Assembly: GCA_026398285.1 (NCBI GenBank)
Contig: JAPLTI010000215.1
Span: 1-41,905, forward strand
Length of the DNA stretch: 41,905 bases
Direction of reading: 5' to 3'
Source: Verrucomicrobiota bacterium
GTDB taxonomy: Bacteria > Verrucomicrobiota > Verrucomicrobiia > Chthoniobacterales > Terrimicrobiaceae
Shown one piece after another: positions 1 through 9,600 of the stretch; within the stretch, counting starts at the first letter, position 1, and each line of letters opens with the position of its first letter. The position numbers and the translations under genes are program-made. Under the pieces are notes generated by a model, which was not told where the DNA came from, made no database searches, and worked only from the letters and a program-made list of their open reading frames with translations.

Positions 1-383
1 GTGTCGCGGCATCCGCCATCGCAGAGGTAGCCGCGCACGCCCTTGTAAACAAAGGTCTCGGAGGACAATTCCCCCATGTGGGCGAGCGTGTCGTCGTTCG
101 GTTGGCAGACCACCACGCTGTCTCTTGGCGCCCTCGACAGCATCCGCGTCCACTCCAGAAGCGTCGTGTGCCCGTCCACGCTGTAGTCGGCATGGCCGCT
201 GACAGTGAAAATGCGGCCCGCCAGGGCCTTCGTGGGATCCAGCGGCCGGATTGTGCGCGGCAGGATTTGATCCGGAAGTCCCATCGAGCGGAGGACATCG
301 TAGACGGCGCCGGAGTAGCATTTTTCCAAGCGGTCTCCATAGCCGTCGGAGAAGTGAGTTTCAGCGGGGAGGTTGTCTTGCAT
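1..383 (-). CDS. RraA-family protein (RraA / 4-hydroxy-4-methyl-2-oxoglutarate aldolase-like); the 3' end is cut by the window edge
   Basis: Absent from the ORF track because it runs off the window. Hand translation of the minus strand from the ATG at 383 gives MQDNLPAETHFSDGYGDRLEKCYSGAVYDVLRSMGLPDQILPRTIRPLDP...SVVVCQPNDDTLAHMGELSSETFVYKGVRGYLCDGGCRD with no stops. The G-E-L...G-V-x-G-x-x-x-DG-x-x-RD end is the RraA-fold signature. The + ORF 78..404 is its antisense shadow. Confidence 0.55.
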   Translation of the reverse strand, partial: MQDNLPAETHFSDGYGDRLEKCYSGAVYDVLRSMGLPDQILPRTIRPLDPTKALAGRIFTVSGHADYSVDGHTTLLEWTRMLSRAPRDSVVVCQPNDDTLAHMGELSSETFVYKGVRGYLCDGGCRD

Positions 384-429
384 CTCATGGATTCTTCCAT
401 GTAGAATATCAAAAGCAATAACAAATATT

Positions 430-1140
430 ATGAATAAAAACACCTCGGATGCCAAAATTCCCGCGCTCGACCGTGGTTTGGATCTTCTCGAATGGATGGC
501 GGGGTTGATGGAGCCAGTGACATTGACTCAGATCGCGCAGGGGGTTGGATTGAGCGTTTCGGAGGTTCAGCGTCCAGTGGCCTGCCTGCACTGGCGGGGT
601 TATCTTCACCGCTCGGAGGCCGGAGCCTACAGCCTTTCGGGTCGCTTGGCGGGGCTGGCGGGAAGTCATCCGCCGCATCAGCGACTCCACAGGGCGGCGT
701 TTGGTGTGATGACCGAGTTTGCGCGATTGTATAGCGAGTCTGTGCACTTGTGCGTGCCCGATTGGGATAGTGCGCTTCTTTTGCTCGATGTGCCCGGCGG
801 CGGGCTTGTTCGCGTGAGTCTTCAACAGGGTGCGAGGCTGAATGCGCTGGAGACCGTCTCCGGAAGGATTCTTGCAGCGCATGGCGTATTGGTCCTGCCC
901 GAGCTCAAGAAAAGTCTCGGTTCACATTTGCAAAAAATCCGGGAAGAGGGCTTCGATCACGCCGCCAGTTCGCAAGTGGTGGGCATCACCGATATAGGGG
1001 TTCCGGTGTTGGATTCGGGCGGAGCTATTCTCGCTGCGATGACGGTCTCTTCGTTCCGGATGAAAGGAGACTTGAAGGAGGAGCGCAGCCTCGTGCCGAT
1101 TCTTCAAGTGTGCGCCCGCCGCATCGCCGACCGTTTGTAA
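430..1140 (+). CDS. IclR-family transcriptional regulator
   Basis: ORF 373..1140. The N-terminal wHTH (IPALDRGLDLLEWMAG..VTLTQIAQGVGLSVSEVQRPVACL) and C-terminal effector domain (GITDIGVPVLDSGGAILAAMTVSS) are typical of IclR. I prefer the ATG at 430 (MNKNTSDAK) because the 373 start would overlap the divergent RraA-like gene. Confidence 0.85.
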   Translation: MNKNTSDAKIPALDRGLDLLEWMAGLMEPVTLTQIAQGVGLSVSEVQRPVACLHWRGYLHRSEAGAYSLSGRLAGLAGSHPPHQRLHRAAFGVMTEFARLYSESVHLCVPDWDSALLLLDVPGGGLVRVSLQQGARLNALETVSGRILAAHGVLVLPELKKSLGSHLQKIREEGFDHAASSQVVGITDIGVPVLDSGGAILAAMTVSSFRMKGDLKEERSLVPILQVCARRIADRL

Positions 1141-1691
1141 GCGTCCAGAACCTCTATTCGAATTTGAACTCCCGCGATTACCGAGCAATCCGATCACCAC
1201 TCAATGAACACAAAGAAACTTCCGCTCACGCCCCGCGCAATCTTTTCAGAACGCCATGACCATAGGCAACGCCCGCCCTTGGTGCCCTGCTCTTCGGCTA
1301 TCCTCCGACCTCATTGATGCGTTATATTTTACAAAAGCATCTAATATCAAAGATGTTAGAAATGCAATTTTTGCAGCTTCCTCCCTGGGAGTGTGCGCGC
1401 CGTTGTGCGTTCGGGGACTTCCTGCTTATAGCCTACGGATCGGAGAGCGGGCGCGATCCCCGAGACCATTCAGATTCCGCAGGCAACCTCCGTAACAAAA
1501 GTCGCTCGGAGCGCCGACGTCCTTGTCGGCATTAAATTGCCGCAGTGTTATCTTTACGGCAGCTCCTCCAAACAAAAGCGTCAATACGCGGGACTGGTAT
1601 CTTTTTCACCCGCACAAAGAAGCTGGCGACCGTGTTCTTTAGTTCCATTCCTGTTTCCAAACGGTCGCCGTATCCTTCATAATAAATCGGT

Positions 1692-2030
1692 TCAGTTTGT
1701 ATGAAAAACCTCCTCCAAATTAGACCACCAATCACCTTCCGCTCGATTCGATAGCGGTTCCTGGCATGGCTTGCAGAGGGCCCACCATTCCTGAACCTTG
1801 GGATTTGCCGCCATGCGGGCCGAGTCGGCCTTGATGTCGACTCCCGTATACTCGAGGTAGCTGAAAAGGTAATGATTCCCGTCCGGCAGTTGGTGGAGGA
1901 AGATGGAGTAGTTGCTCATGTGACATTCTTTGATATTCGAGAGAATCTCCGGCCAAACCGCCGCATGCAGTCTTTTGTATTCTTCGATTTTATCCGGGCG
2001 AAGCCCGATGATGGATCCGTAGCGTTTCAT
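1692..2030 (-). CDS. rhaM: L-rhamnose mutarotase (RhaM/DUF718 family)
   Basis: 112 aa. [45 protein letters not shown]...[10 protein letters not shown] matches the size and motifs of the mutarotase family. Its start overlaps the MaoC stop by 4 nt. Confidence 0.85.
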   Translation of the reverse strand: MKRYGSIIGLRPDKIEEYKRLHAAVWPEILSNIKECHMSNYSIFLHQLPDGNHYLFSYLEYTGVDIKADSARMAANPKVQEWWALCKPCQEPLSNRAEGDWWSNLEEVFHTN

Positions 2031-2545
2031 GATTTTTGTTCGGGTGCGCCGCAGGCTTTTGCGTCTCGGTATTTCACCGTTTGAAGGTGTTCACAGTAGA
2101 GAACGAGTTCCCCTGCATTTTTAAAAACTTCGTAGCTAGCCTTATAGAGGCCCATCTCCGGGTATTTGGGCGTCTTTTCCAAATCGGTTTTTATGGTGTG
2201 AATCGTATCGCCGATGAAGACGGGCTTGATGAATCGCAGCTTGTCGTATCCGTAGCTGAAAGCGTTGACGCAGTTTGTCGCGACAAGCCCGAGTCCGACG
2301 CTGAAGACCATGGCGCCAGCGATGAGGCGACGCCCGAAGACCCCCTCCTCTTTGGCAAAGATTTCGTCAGCCACATAAGGGTGCATATCGAGCACGAGGG
2401 CATTAAACTGCATGCTTTCTCCTTCGCTGATCGTGCGGCGGATGGAGCGGATGCGCTTGCCGATGACAATATCTTCGTAGAGCCAGCTCTCCGCGTTCCA
2501 GACGGGGATATCCTTGTGCTTTTCAGGATCAGGGTTCGGATTCAT
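2027..2545 (-). CDS. MaoC-like (R)-hydratase/dehydratase, hotdog fold
   Basis: 172 aa. The [36 protein letters not shown]...[13 protein letters not shown] pattern is typical of the MaoC dehydratase domain. There is no signal peptide. Confidence 0.8.
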   Translation of the reverse strand: MNPNPDPEKHKDIPVWNAESWLYEDIVIGKRIRSIRRTISEGESMQFNALVLDMHPYVADEIFAKEEGVFGRRLIAGAMVFSVGLGLVATNCVNAFSYGYDKLRFIKPVFIGDTIHTIKTDLEKTPKYPEMGLYKASYEVFKNAGELVLYCEHLQTVKYRDAKACGAPEQKS

Positions 2546-2554
2546 AAAATGAAA

Positions 2555-3026
2555 TCAGTGCGCTGCGAGAGCCTTACCGAGGTAGCGTCCATAGGCGAGG
2601 GAAAGAACGGCTACGAGCAGCATGGCCAGGGCAGCCGCGAGCATCGACCATGTGCGACCTCGGCATCCTTGCCACTCGCGAAGAAGGAGCCCGGCGAGAC
2701 TGCTGAAAAGGACAAGCATGATCATGTGAATGCCCCAGCTCGAAAACTTGTAAGCGGGGAGGTGCGCATCTTTGACGATTCCACCCGTGCCAATGATGGC
2801 GATCGGGAACGCCGACGCCATGCATCCACCGGGCCTTCAGTGGAGGATTTCCTTTGCCCGGTATTGGGCAGAGCTGTATGTCGGTGTAGTCGAAGCCCAT
2901 CTTCGTGATCTCATCCGGCGTCATCACCACGACCGGCTTGCCGGCAGTGAATGTTGTTTGGCCGGAGCAGATTCCTGCGAAAGGAAGCAGGGCGGCGAGG
3001 AAAAGGCGGAGCATTTTATGATTCAT
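2555..3026 (-). pseudogene. rhaT: Gene remnants: the C-terminal ~85 aa of a RhaT-like L-rhamnose/H+ symporter, joined out of frame to an orphan signal-peptide fragment
   Basis: Frame B (2555..2821, open back to 2836) reads ...LPAYKFSSWGIHMIMLVLFSSLAGLLLREWQGCRGRTWSMLAAALAMLLVAVL. This matches the last two TM helices of RhaT (E. coli ...[34 protein letters not shown]...). The ~250 N-terminal residues of a RhaT are absent. Frame A (2574..3026) starts with a signal peptide (MNHKMLRLFLAALLPFAGICSG) plus ~45 plausible residues, then becomes junk where it overlaps frame B. Confidence 0.5.
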
Positions 3027-3048
3027 AGCCTCTTAAAAAGGTTTGGAA

Positions 3049-4737
3049 TCATCTCTTCACGGGAGGCGGCTCTCCCAGAATCCGCTCGCTTTCCAACGGC
3101 AGGACGTGGGGTTGAACGGATGCGTCGCCGCGGGCCTCCTTCACCATCCGGGCGCAGACCGAACGCAATTCCTCGAGTTTTTCCGCGTATTTCGAATCAC
3201 CGGCCAGATTGAGGGTTTCTCCGGGATCCGTCTTCAAATCGAAGAGTTCCTCGTGAACGGGCATCTCGCCGTGGATCGAGGCATCCAGCCACTTCCGGTA
3301 AACCTGCGCCTGCCGGTCGGTGATGCGCTGTTGGTCCTGATCGGTCATGCCGGCAAACAGGGAGGCATCGTTCTGAAAATAGCGGATGTATTTCCATCCG
3401 TCGCCCCGCACACTTTCGCTGCGTGGATTCCCATGGCGTGTGCTCCAGAGGTTTTCCGAAAAGGCATATTCGCGCCATGTCACCTGTTCGCCCCTGATCA
3501 AAGGTGCCAGCGAGCGGCCACTCATCGCAGGGGGAATCTCCATGCCGGCGTAATCGAGCAGGGTGGCGGTCAGATCGATCGTTTGGACCTGCTCGGAGCG
3601 CCGTTGTCCTCGCACATCCGAGCGCGGGTCGTAGGCGATCAGCGGGACTCTGAGACTGGCATCGTAGCAAAGCCCCTTGCCACCCAACCCGAATTCTCCG
3701 AGCTGAATCCCATGGTCGGATACAAAAAGGATAACGGTATTTTTATCCAAACCAGCAGCCACAAGGGCTGATCGGAGCTTCCCGACAAAATTGTCGATGC
3801 CGGTGAGGGCTTGATACCGGCGCACGATCCGTTCCACGAGGTCCTCAGGCGTATCGACATAGTCGTAGGATTTCTGCCGGAACTGCGAACGCAGAAGTTC
3901 CCGGGGAAGTTTCGGATTTTTTATGTCTGTCTTCGCCGTGTAAGTCGCGGGAAGATTCGCGCGGATGGCATCGCGATCGCCGTGATAGGCCGTCTTATAC
4001 AAGTCGGAGTCGGATGGGCGATCCGCCATGCTTCCCGTGCCGGCATCGTGGGGGAGATTGAAACAGATCGACAAACAAAACGGCCGGTCGTGCGGACGCT
4101 TCTCCAAAAACCGCGCAGCGCGGTTGTAGAAGTCCTGATGTGGATTCAGGAAATTCTCCACCCCTTCCTGAAGCACTTCGACTTGGGTATCCGACTTGGC
4201 GTTGTCGAAGACGTGTTCGTCAATTCCTTTCACCCGTATGGCCCAGGCCGGGCGGTTTTTCGGATAAAAGAGCAGATGCTCGTGCCCGCCATACCAATAG
4301 TCGAAACTGGCATCCATCAGGCCCGTCTCGTAACCCCTCGCGCCGAGCGGCACATGGTTCTTGCCGATGTAACCAATGAAATATCCCGCCTTGCGGAGAA
4401 GCATCGGGTAGGTTTGCTGCCAGGCGGCCGGCGAGAGTGCCGTGCCGGAATTGAAGTTGATCCCATGACGCCTCTCGTGCATTCCCGTGAAAATCGAGGC
4501 GCGACTTGGAGTGCAGACTGCGCTCGTCACGGTCGCTTGCGTGAAGAGTGTCCCATCGGCGGCCAACCGGTCGAGGTTCGGCGTTTGCACGACGGGATTT
4601 CCGGTGCATCCGAGTTCATCGGCGCGCTGGTCGTCTGTCACGATGAGGATGAGATTGGGGCGTCCGGCATCCGCCAGAAGAGTCGTCCACGGCAAGGCCG
4701 TTGCCAGGGTTGCAAGGAGTATGGTTGGTCTGATCAT
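3049..4737 (-). CDS. Secreted formylglycine-dependent sulfatase (S1 family)
   Basis: 562 aa. It has a signal peptide, LILIVTDDQRADELG, and the CxPSR maturation motif (AVCTPSRASIFTG), followed by GYIGKNH and FVSDHG blocks. Its start overlaps the upstream esterase stop by 4 nt. Confidence 0.9.
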   Translation of the reverse strand: MIRPTILLATLATALPWTTLLADAGRPNLILIVTDDQRADELGCTGNPVVQTPNLDRLAADGTLFTQATVTSAVCTPSRASIFTGMHERRHGINFNSGTALSPAAWQQTYPMLLRKAGYFIGYIGKNHVPLGARGYETGLMDASFDYWYGGHEHLLFYPKNRPAWAIRVKGIDEHVFDNAKSDTQVEVLQEGVENFLNPHQDFYNRAARFLEKRPHDRPFCLSICFNLPHDAGTGSMADRPSDSDLYKTAYHGDRDAIRANLPATYTAKTDIKNPKLPRELLRSQFRQKSYDYVDTPEDLVERIVRRYQALTGIDNFVGKLRSALVAAGLDKNTVILFVSDHGIQLGEFGLGGKGLCYDASLRVPLIAYDPRSDVRGQRRSEQVQTIDLTATLLDYAGMEIPPAMSGRSLAPLIRGEQVTWREYAFSENLWSTRHGNPRSESVRGDGWKYIRYFQNDASLFAGMTDQDQQRITDRQAQVYRKWLDASIHGEMPVHEELFDLKTDPGETLNLAGDSKYAEKLEELRSVCARMVKEARGDASVQPHVLPLESERILGEPPPVKR

Positions 4738-6419
4738 GGTTGTTTTTCCGTAGTGAGTTTGGCGATGAGGGAAGCCCGCATGCGTTTTCGGATTTGCTCA
4801 TGCGTCACATCAGGCGATTCGGAGTAAACCAGTTCGCACGGCACATCGAGTTCCCGGAGGCGTTCCTGGAGTTTCACGCCGAAGTTGGCGGAGTGGGTGG
4901 GGTCCTTTTGTTCGTGGCCGATCTTTGGCGCGTCGCCGTAATACAGAGCCACCGGCGGCGCATCAGAGGCGGCCAACGCGTAGGGCGAGTATTCCGCAAT
5001 CCAAGGCAGGATCGACTCGCGTTGTTCGAGGAATCCCTCGAAACCGCCTTTCACGCCGAAAGCATGGCTGCCGTAGCGGCTGTTGGGGATCCATTCCTTC
5101 ATTTGTTGGGGGTCAAGCGTGGTCTGTGCCGCCCACACGGCTGCGCAATACGGACGTGTGCTCTCGCGCGCCACCGGATCGGGGCTGTTCGGGTCGGCCA
5201 TGTCCTTGTGAAATGCCAGCCAGAGCGCGGAGCACGCTCCTGCCGAGCCGCCGGTCAGAGCGATTCGGTCTCTGCGAATGCCCCATTCATCGGCCTTGCT
5301 GCGCACGAACTGCAACGCCCTTGCGGCATCGTGCATCGGCCCGCGCACCGGAGGGACGATGCCTTCGGCGTTTGCTTGAGCGATGAAACGATAATCCACC
5401 GAAACCACCGAGATGCCGGCATTCAAATAGTCGTTGAGACCCTCGACATCGCGACGGGTCCCGGTTTTCCAACCCCCGCCATGAATGACAAAGACGGTCG
5501 GCGTGGGGTGTGGTGAACCAGCTCTCCAAAAATCAAGGACCTGGCTGTCATGCGGCCCGTAGGCCACCAAGCTCTGTGTGGGAGGAACCGCGTAAGTGTT
5601 CTGGCGAATGAATCGCACGATCTCCGCTGGGTCCGACAGCCCGTGCGGATGGTGCCCTTCGTCGGGTTGCCTGAGGAGCCGAAAGAAGAGCCCCCTGCTC
5701 TCATACAGCTTTTGCAGCACCGCGCCATTTTCGCTGTAGGGCACGACCTGGTCCTTTCCCCCAGCGACATAAAAAATACCCGCCCGGGTGGCTGCGAGCT
5801 CCTCGGTGAGGTCCACCGGATTTTTCTTGTAGGCCAGCGCCTCCGCTTCGCTGGAAAAGCCGTAAACTTTCAGGAGTTCCTCCCAATCCTTCGAGCTTCC
5901 CGTGCCTTTGCCGAGCTTACCGCCCGGCCAGCTCTTGAAATCGCAGACCGCCTTGTCGAGATAAAGGCACGAGACCCTGCCGGGATTGTCCGCTGCCCAG
6001 CGCAACGCGCCAAGCCCCTCGCGGCTTAGTCCCATCAGCGCCACCTCGCGCGACAGGCTGTATCGCTCCGTCATCTCCCGATAAGTGGCATCCCAGCGCT
6101 TATCCGGATCGGGTGCCCCCAGAATGGCCCCAGGTGCCATTGCCACAACATGGAACCCTTGTTTGACAAGTTCGGATTGCGTCCGCGCCAAGTTTGTCAC
6201 CGGAGCGCTGCTCGGATCGTAAAGTCTGGGCGCAAGCACCCAGGGACGGCCTGAGGCAGGCTTGTCGGGAACCAATACCTGCGCTTGCGCCGCGCCAACC
6301 AGCGCCTTGGACACAGGCACACCAAGGTGTGTGCTCTGGGGAGACGGAAACGATTCCCCCGCGCGCAAAAGATTCCATGAAGCTGATATGAGAGTCAGAA
6401 TTGTGAGGAAATGTTTCAT
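4734..6419 (-). CDS. Secreted two-domain alpha/beta-hydrolase esterase (putative carbohydrate de-acetylase)
   Basis: 561 aa with a signal peptide (MKHFLTILTLISASWNLLRA). The C-terminal half carries an HGGG oxyanion motif (VFVIHGGGWKTG) and a GxSxG nucleophile (LTGGSAGACSALWLA). The N-terminal half resembles a second dienelactone-hydrolase-like fold ending in ...DEGHHPHGL. Confidence 0.75.
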   Translation of the reverse strand: MKHFLTILTLISASWNLLRAGESFPSPQSTHLGVPVSKALVGAAQAQVLVPDKPASGRPWVLAPRLYDPSSAPVTNLARTQSELVKQGFHVVAMAPGAILGAPDPDKRWDATYREMTERYSLSREVALMGLSREGLGALRWAADNPGRVSCLYLDKAVCDFKSWPGGKLGKGTGSSKDWEELLKVYGFSSEAEALAYKKNPVDLTEELAATRAGIFYVAGGKDQVVPYSENGAVLQKLYESRGLFFRLLRQPDEGHHPHGLSDPAEIVRFIRQNTYAVPPTQSLVAYGPHDSQVLDFWRAGSPHPTPTVFVIHGGGWKTGTRRDVEGLNDYLNAGISVVSVDYRFIAQANAEGIVPPVRGPMHDAARALQFVRSKADEWGIRRDRIALTGGSAGACSALWLAFHKDMADPNSPDPVARESTRPYCAAVWAAQTTLDPQQMKEWIPNSRYGSHAFGVKGGFEGFLEQRESILPWIAEYSPYALAASDAPPVALYYGDAPKIGHEQKDPTHSANFGVKLQERLRELDVPCELVYSESPDVTHEQIRKRMRASLIAKLTTEKQP

Positions 6420-6620
6420 GCTGGAAAAAGGATTGGGGGATTAGGTTCAGGTCTTAATATTCAACGATCCTCTTGACCTGGGATGTGACACAAATCCCGA
6501 AACCATTGGCGCAATTGTTGGGTCGAAGGGCGTTCGTCCAGAAACATGGCGGGGGAGTGGGATCCGAGACCGGACTTCACGAAAATGAAGCGCGCCGTCA
6601 TCGCATCCATTGAATATGAT

Positions 6621-9600
6621 TTATTCGGAAATATCGACTTCGACAGCGCCATCCGTATGCGAAAGAATTAATGAAAGTGTCTTCGTTTTCTCGTCCCACT
6701 GATTAAGCTTTGCTGCCTGGGGAGGAGTCACCGTCACTTGGGGTGATTTTTTAAATGTGACGCGCAATTCGGTATCGTGCCCAGTGTATTCCGTTTGAGC
6801 TTGAATCCACAGCGATTGATTTTCAAATTTTCCCATCACGTAGGCATGGGGTTTGATTGTTCCCGAGATGTTCAAGAAGTCTCCACGGTTCGTCAAAGGA
6901 ATCGCATAAGTTTGTGTCTCGTCGCGATTTTCGTTGCTGTTCATTATAGCCAAGGTATTTCCGACAATATTGACCAGGGCGTCTCCTTCATACCATTTTG
7001 GATAGGCTTGGTCGAAAATTTTCCTCACTTCGGCCGGATTGCCTAATTGAGACAATGGAAGGGTTTCGATCCTATGGCCAAGGTCAACCTTGCCCTGCGG
7101 AAAAACCGGGAAGTAGTAATAGCGGCCAGTATCGGGGAAAAACTCCATGAGCGTTCCGGGAATCACACCATAATCCTTGAATCCGTAGGTGCCCTCGTAA
7201 AGTGGCTTCCATTCGTAGTAATATTGGTCACCATCTTCTTTCTTGGGAACGCCATCGTTGTAAACAGCGAGGTGGATGTTTTTCAGGACTTCTTCTTTGG
7301 AAGGAACAAGTTGTTTTTGGATGACCGCCCGCATGAAGGGGGCGAGGAATCGGTGAAATGTGGGGGTTAATTCGCCTTGCGTCGTCCAGTAGGCCATGAA
7401 ATTTTGGCGATTCGGCGGGAAGCCTTTTTCCGCAATTTTCCAACCTTTTCCGACTGGAAGGCTGCCGCATTGTCCTTCGAAACTGAAGATGGCGCACCCT
7501 CGGGCGAGTCCCATCAGGAAGTTCAGATTCCAAAAGTTGCGAGGCATGTCAGTATCGCCAGAGCGTTGGCCGAGAATCTCGCCAAGGCGACGAAAACCGG
7601 TTTGCTGCCAATACCATCCGCCATCCTCCCAAGCGCCTTGGTTGGAGATCGCACCCGAGAGGTAAAGCCCGAGAACAGAGCTCTGGGAGACAAATTGGCG
7701 GTGGAGAATGTTGTTTTTCTGCGCAAAAATCAAATGATCAGCGTATTCCTTCATGAGTGGTCCTGATTTTTCATAAAGGGACTGCCATTTATTCTCGCTG
7801 GGGTAGGTGCCATCGGCCTCGTAGAAATAACGGCCGTATTTACCGCAAAGCTTCAGAACGCGACTCATATAGGTCTGGTTATCTCCGCCATGAAAGAGAG
7901 CCGAGAGCGTTTCTCCACCCATATTTCCAATGATATTCGGGTATTTTTGGAAAATTTCCTCCAAGTCCGAGATCGGCAGCCAAGCGGAGATCGGGGCTGG
8001 ACCATGCGTGCGGACGAAGCCCGTAATCCCAGCGTCTTGAGTCGGCTTCAGAAATGCGATGGGGTCAATGCGCTTTTTGGTTGCGGCATCTGCATATGTC
8101 CACTTACAATTGATCGCGACAGAAGGCTTGAGATCGGGAGGGATTGTTTCTTTAAACAGGCTTAAATCCTTCACCATGTAGGCTTCGATCGTGAACAGGG
8201 GCTTTTGGGAAGAAATCGTAAAGGTCACCGGTTTTTTGGTGATATCATTGTTAATTGTGAATGATCTCACTGCTGACCATTGTCCGGGAATATCTTCCTC
8301 CAATCCCCTGATGCGCCAAAACCACTTGCCCGGTGCAGGCAACTCGGAATCCGTGGGCATGTAATACGGCCACTCCACTTCGGAACGCACTTTCAGGATT
8401 TTTGGATTAGTAAATGACTCGTCGGTTGAGAGTTGAATCTCATAGTCGAGCGCACCTTTAAGCTGTCTCCATCGGAAAAAAGTTGCGATGTCCGTGAGGT
8501 TCAAGCCATCGCTGGGCGAACCGAGCTCAGGTGCTGGCAGTCCGACAGGTTGGAGGGCAAGTTTATGCAAAGTCGTTCCTTCGGGTCGTTCCACTTCAAT
8601 TACAAACTTTTGGCGTTTGCCTTGCCAACCGGTTGCCTTGCTGAAGTCCACCTCGGTCGGTTCCGAGTTTGAAAGAGTCGCTATTTTTATCTTCTGTGCT
8701 TTTTTCCCAAGGAGATATGCAGAAATGGAAATGGGGTTCTCCGGCGTCGCTCCTTGCGCTTGAATTTTCAAAACATATCCGCGCTGAAAATCCATCTCCC
8801 AGGCTGCCGATTCCACATGGCCGGAATTGACTAAGGCCTGGAGAGAATCTTCCATCTCAAATTGAGATACTTCCGCGCACTCCAAGGGCTCGCCATCAAG
8901 ATAAATGGCATAGGAATTGGTCACCTTGGGCTTTTTGTCGGTGGTGACCGATTTATAAAGATTCTTGGTTTGATTCCAAATCCCTGTTCCTCCGCTGGTA
9001 GCCACGAATGCCAGCCCCATCTCAAGAGGTTTCTCCGCAGAAAATTCATAAGGGTAATTTTCCTGCTCCTGATCCAAGAGACGGAGAAAAAAATCTCTGC
9101 CGATCACCCAGACCACAGTGCCGGGCAAGGGGCGGTCAACGGATCGGGATGTCGAAAAGCCAATTCCATGACCAAATTCGCCATCCACTCCCACCCAACA
9201 CCGTTCAGGACGCCAGCCCACACGGGTGAAGCTATTTTCTTTCCCGTAGAGAAGGACCCGACTGGGCTCCCTCGGGTTGTCATATTTGAATTGCATCTTG
9301 GATTTCAAGAGATTGCCAAATATTCCACGCATGCCTGCGGCGTGTTCCACATTCGCCACATACCATTTGGAACTCCCGCGTGTGGTGAAGCGGCATTGAT
9401 AGGTTAAAACGGGTTGAGCTGCCAACAATGTATAGGTTTCATGTAAAACCACCTCTGAGGCGGCGCCTTCAAAGCCGCGCTGTAAATTTAAGGATACGGA
9501 GCGGTCCGGGTTTATTTTAGTTTGACTATGAATAATTTTTGACTCCATTCCGGGGACCAGTCCCAAGTCGCGAATCTTTTCCTGTGTCATACCCAGCAAT

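Noticed and set aside
78-404. A 108-aa + strand ORF at the left edge.
   Set aside because: It is antisense to the hand-translated RraA-like gene (1..383, minus), which has a clear family signature. The + ORF has arginine-rich junk composition.
2555-2821. The 'IAIIGTGGIVKDAHLPAY' stretch first looked like a Gfo/Idh/MocA oxidoreductase Rossmann N-terminus fused to a transporter tail.
   Set aside because: Aligned against the remembered E. coli RhaT C-terminus (..[23 protein letters not shown]..), the whole 88 aa is explained as RhaT-like sequence. No oxidoreductase fragment is needed.
2036-2908. A 290-aa + strand ORF. Similar long ORFs lie at 3811..4827 (+), 11396..12058 (+), 12842..13720 (+), 16294..17145 (-), 22367..23065 (-) and 27511..28713 (+).
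   Set aside because: All lie antisense to genes with strong family motifs (MaoC, sulfatase, giant paralog 2, LacI, cassette giant, FAD oxidoreductase). Their translations are R/G/A/P-rich and low in complexity, with no recognisable motifs. These are typical shadow ORFs of moderately GC-rich DNA.
6461-6652. A 63-aa minus-strand ORF in the 200-bp gap between paralog 1 and the esterase gene.
   Set aside because: It overlaps the 3' end of paralog 1, has no recognisable motif or signal and is short. The gap is more simply an intra-operon spacer.
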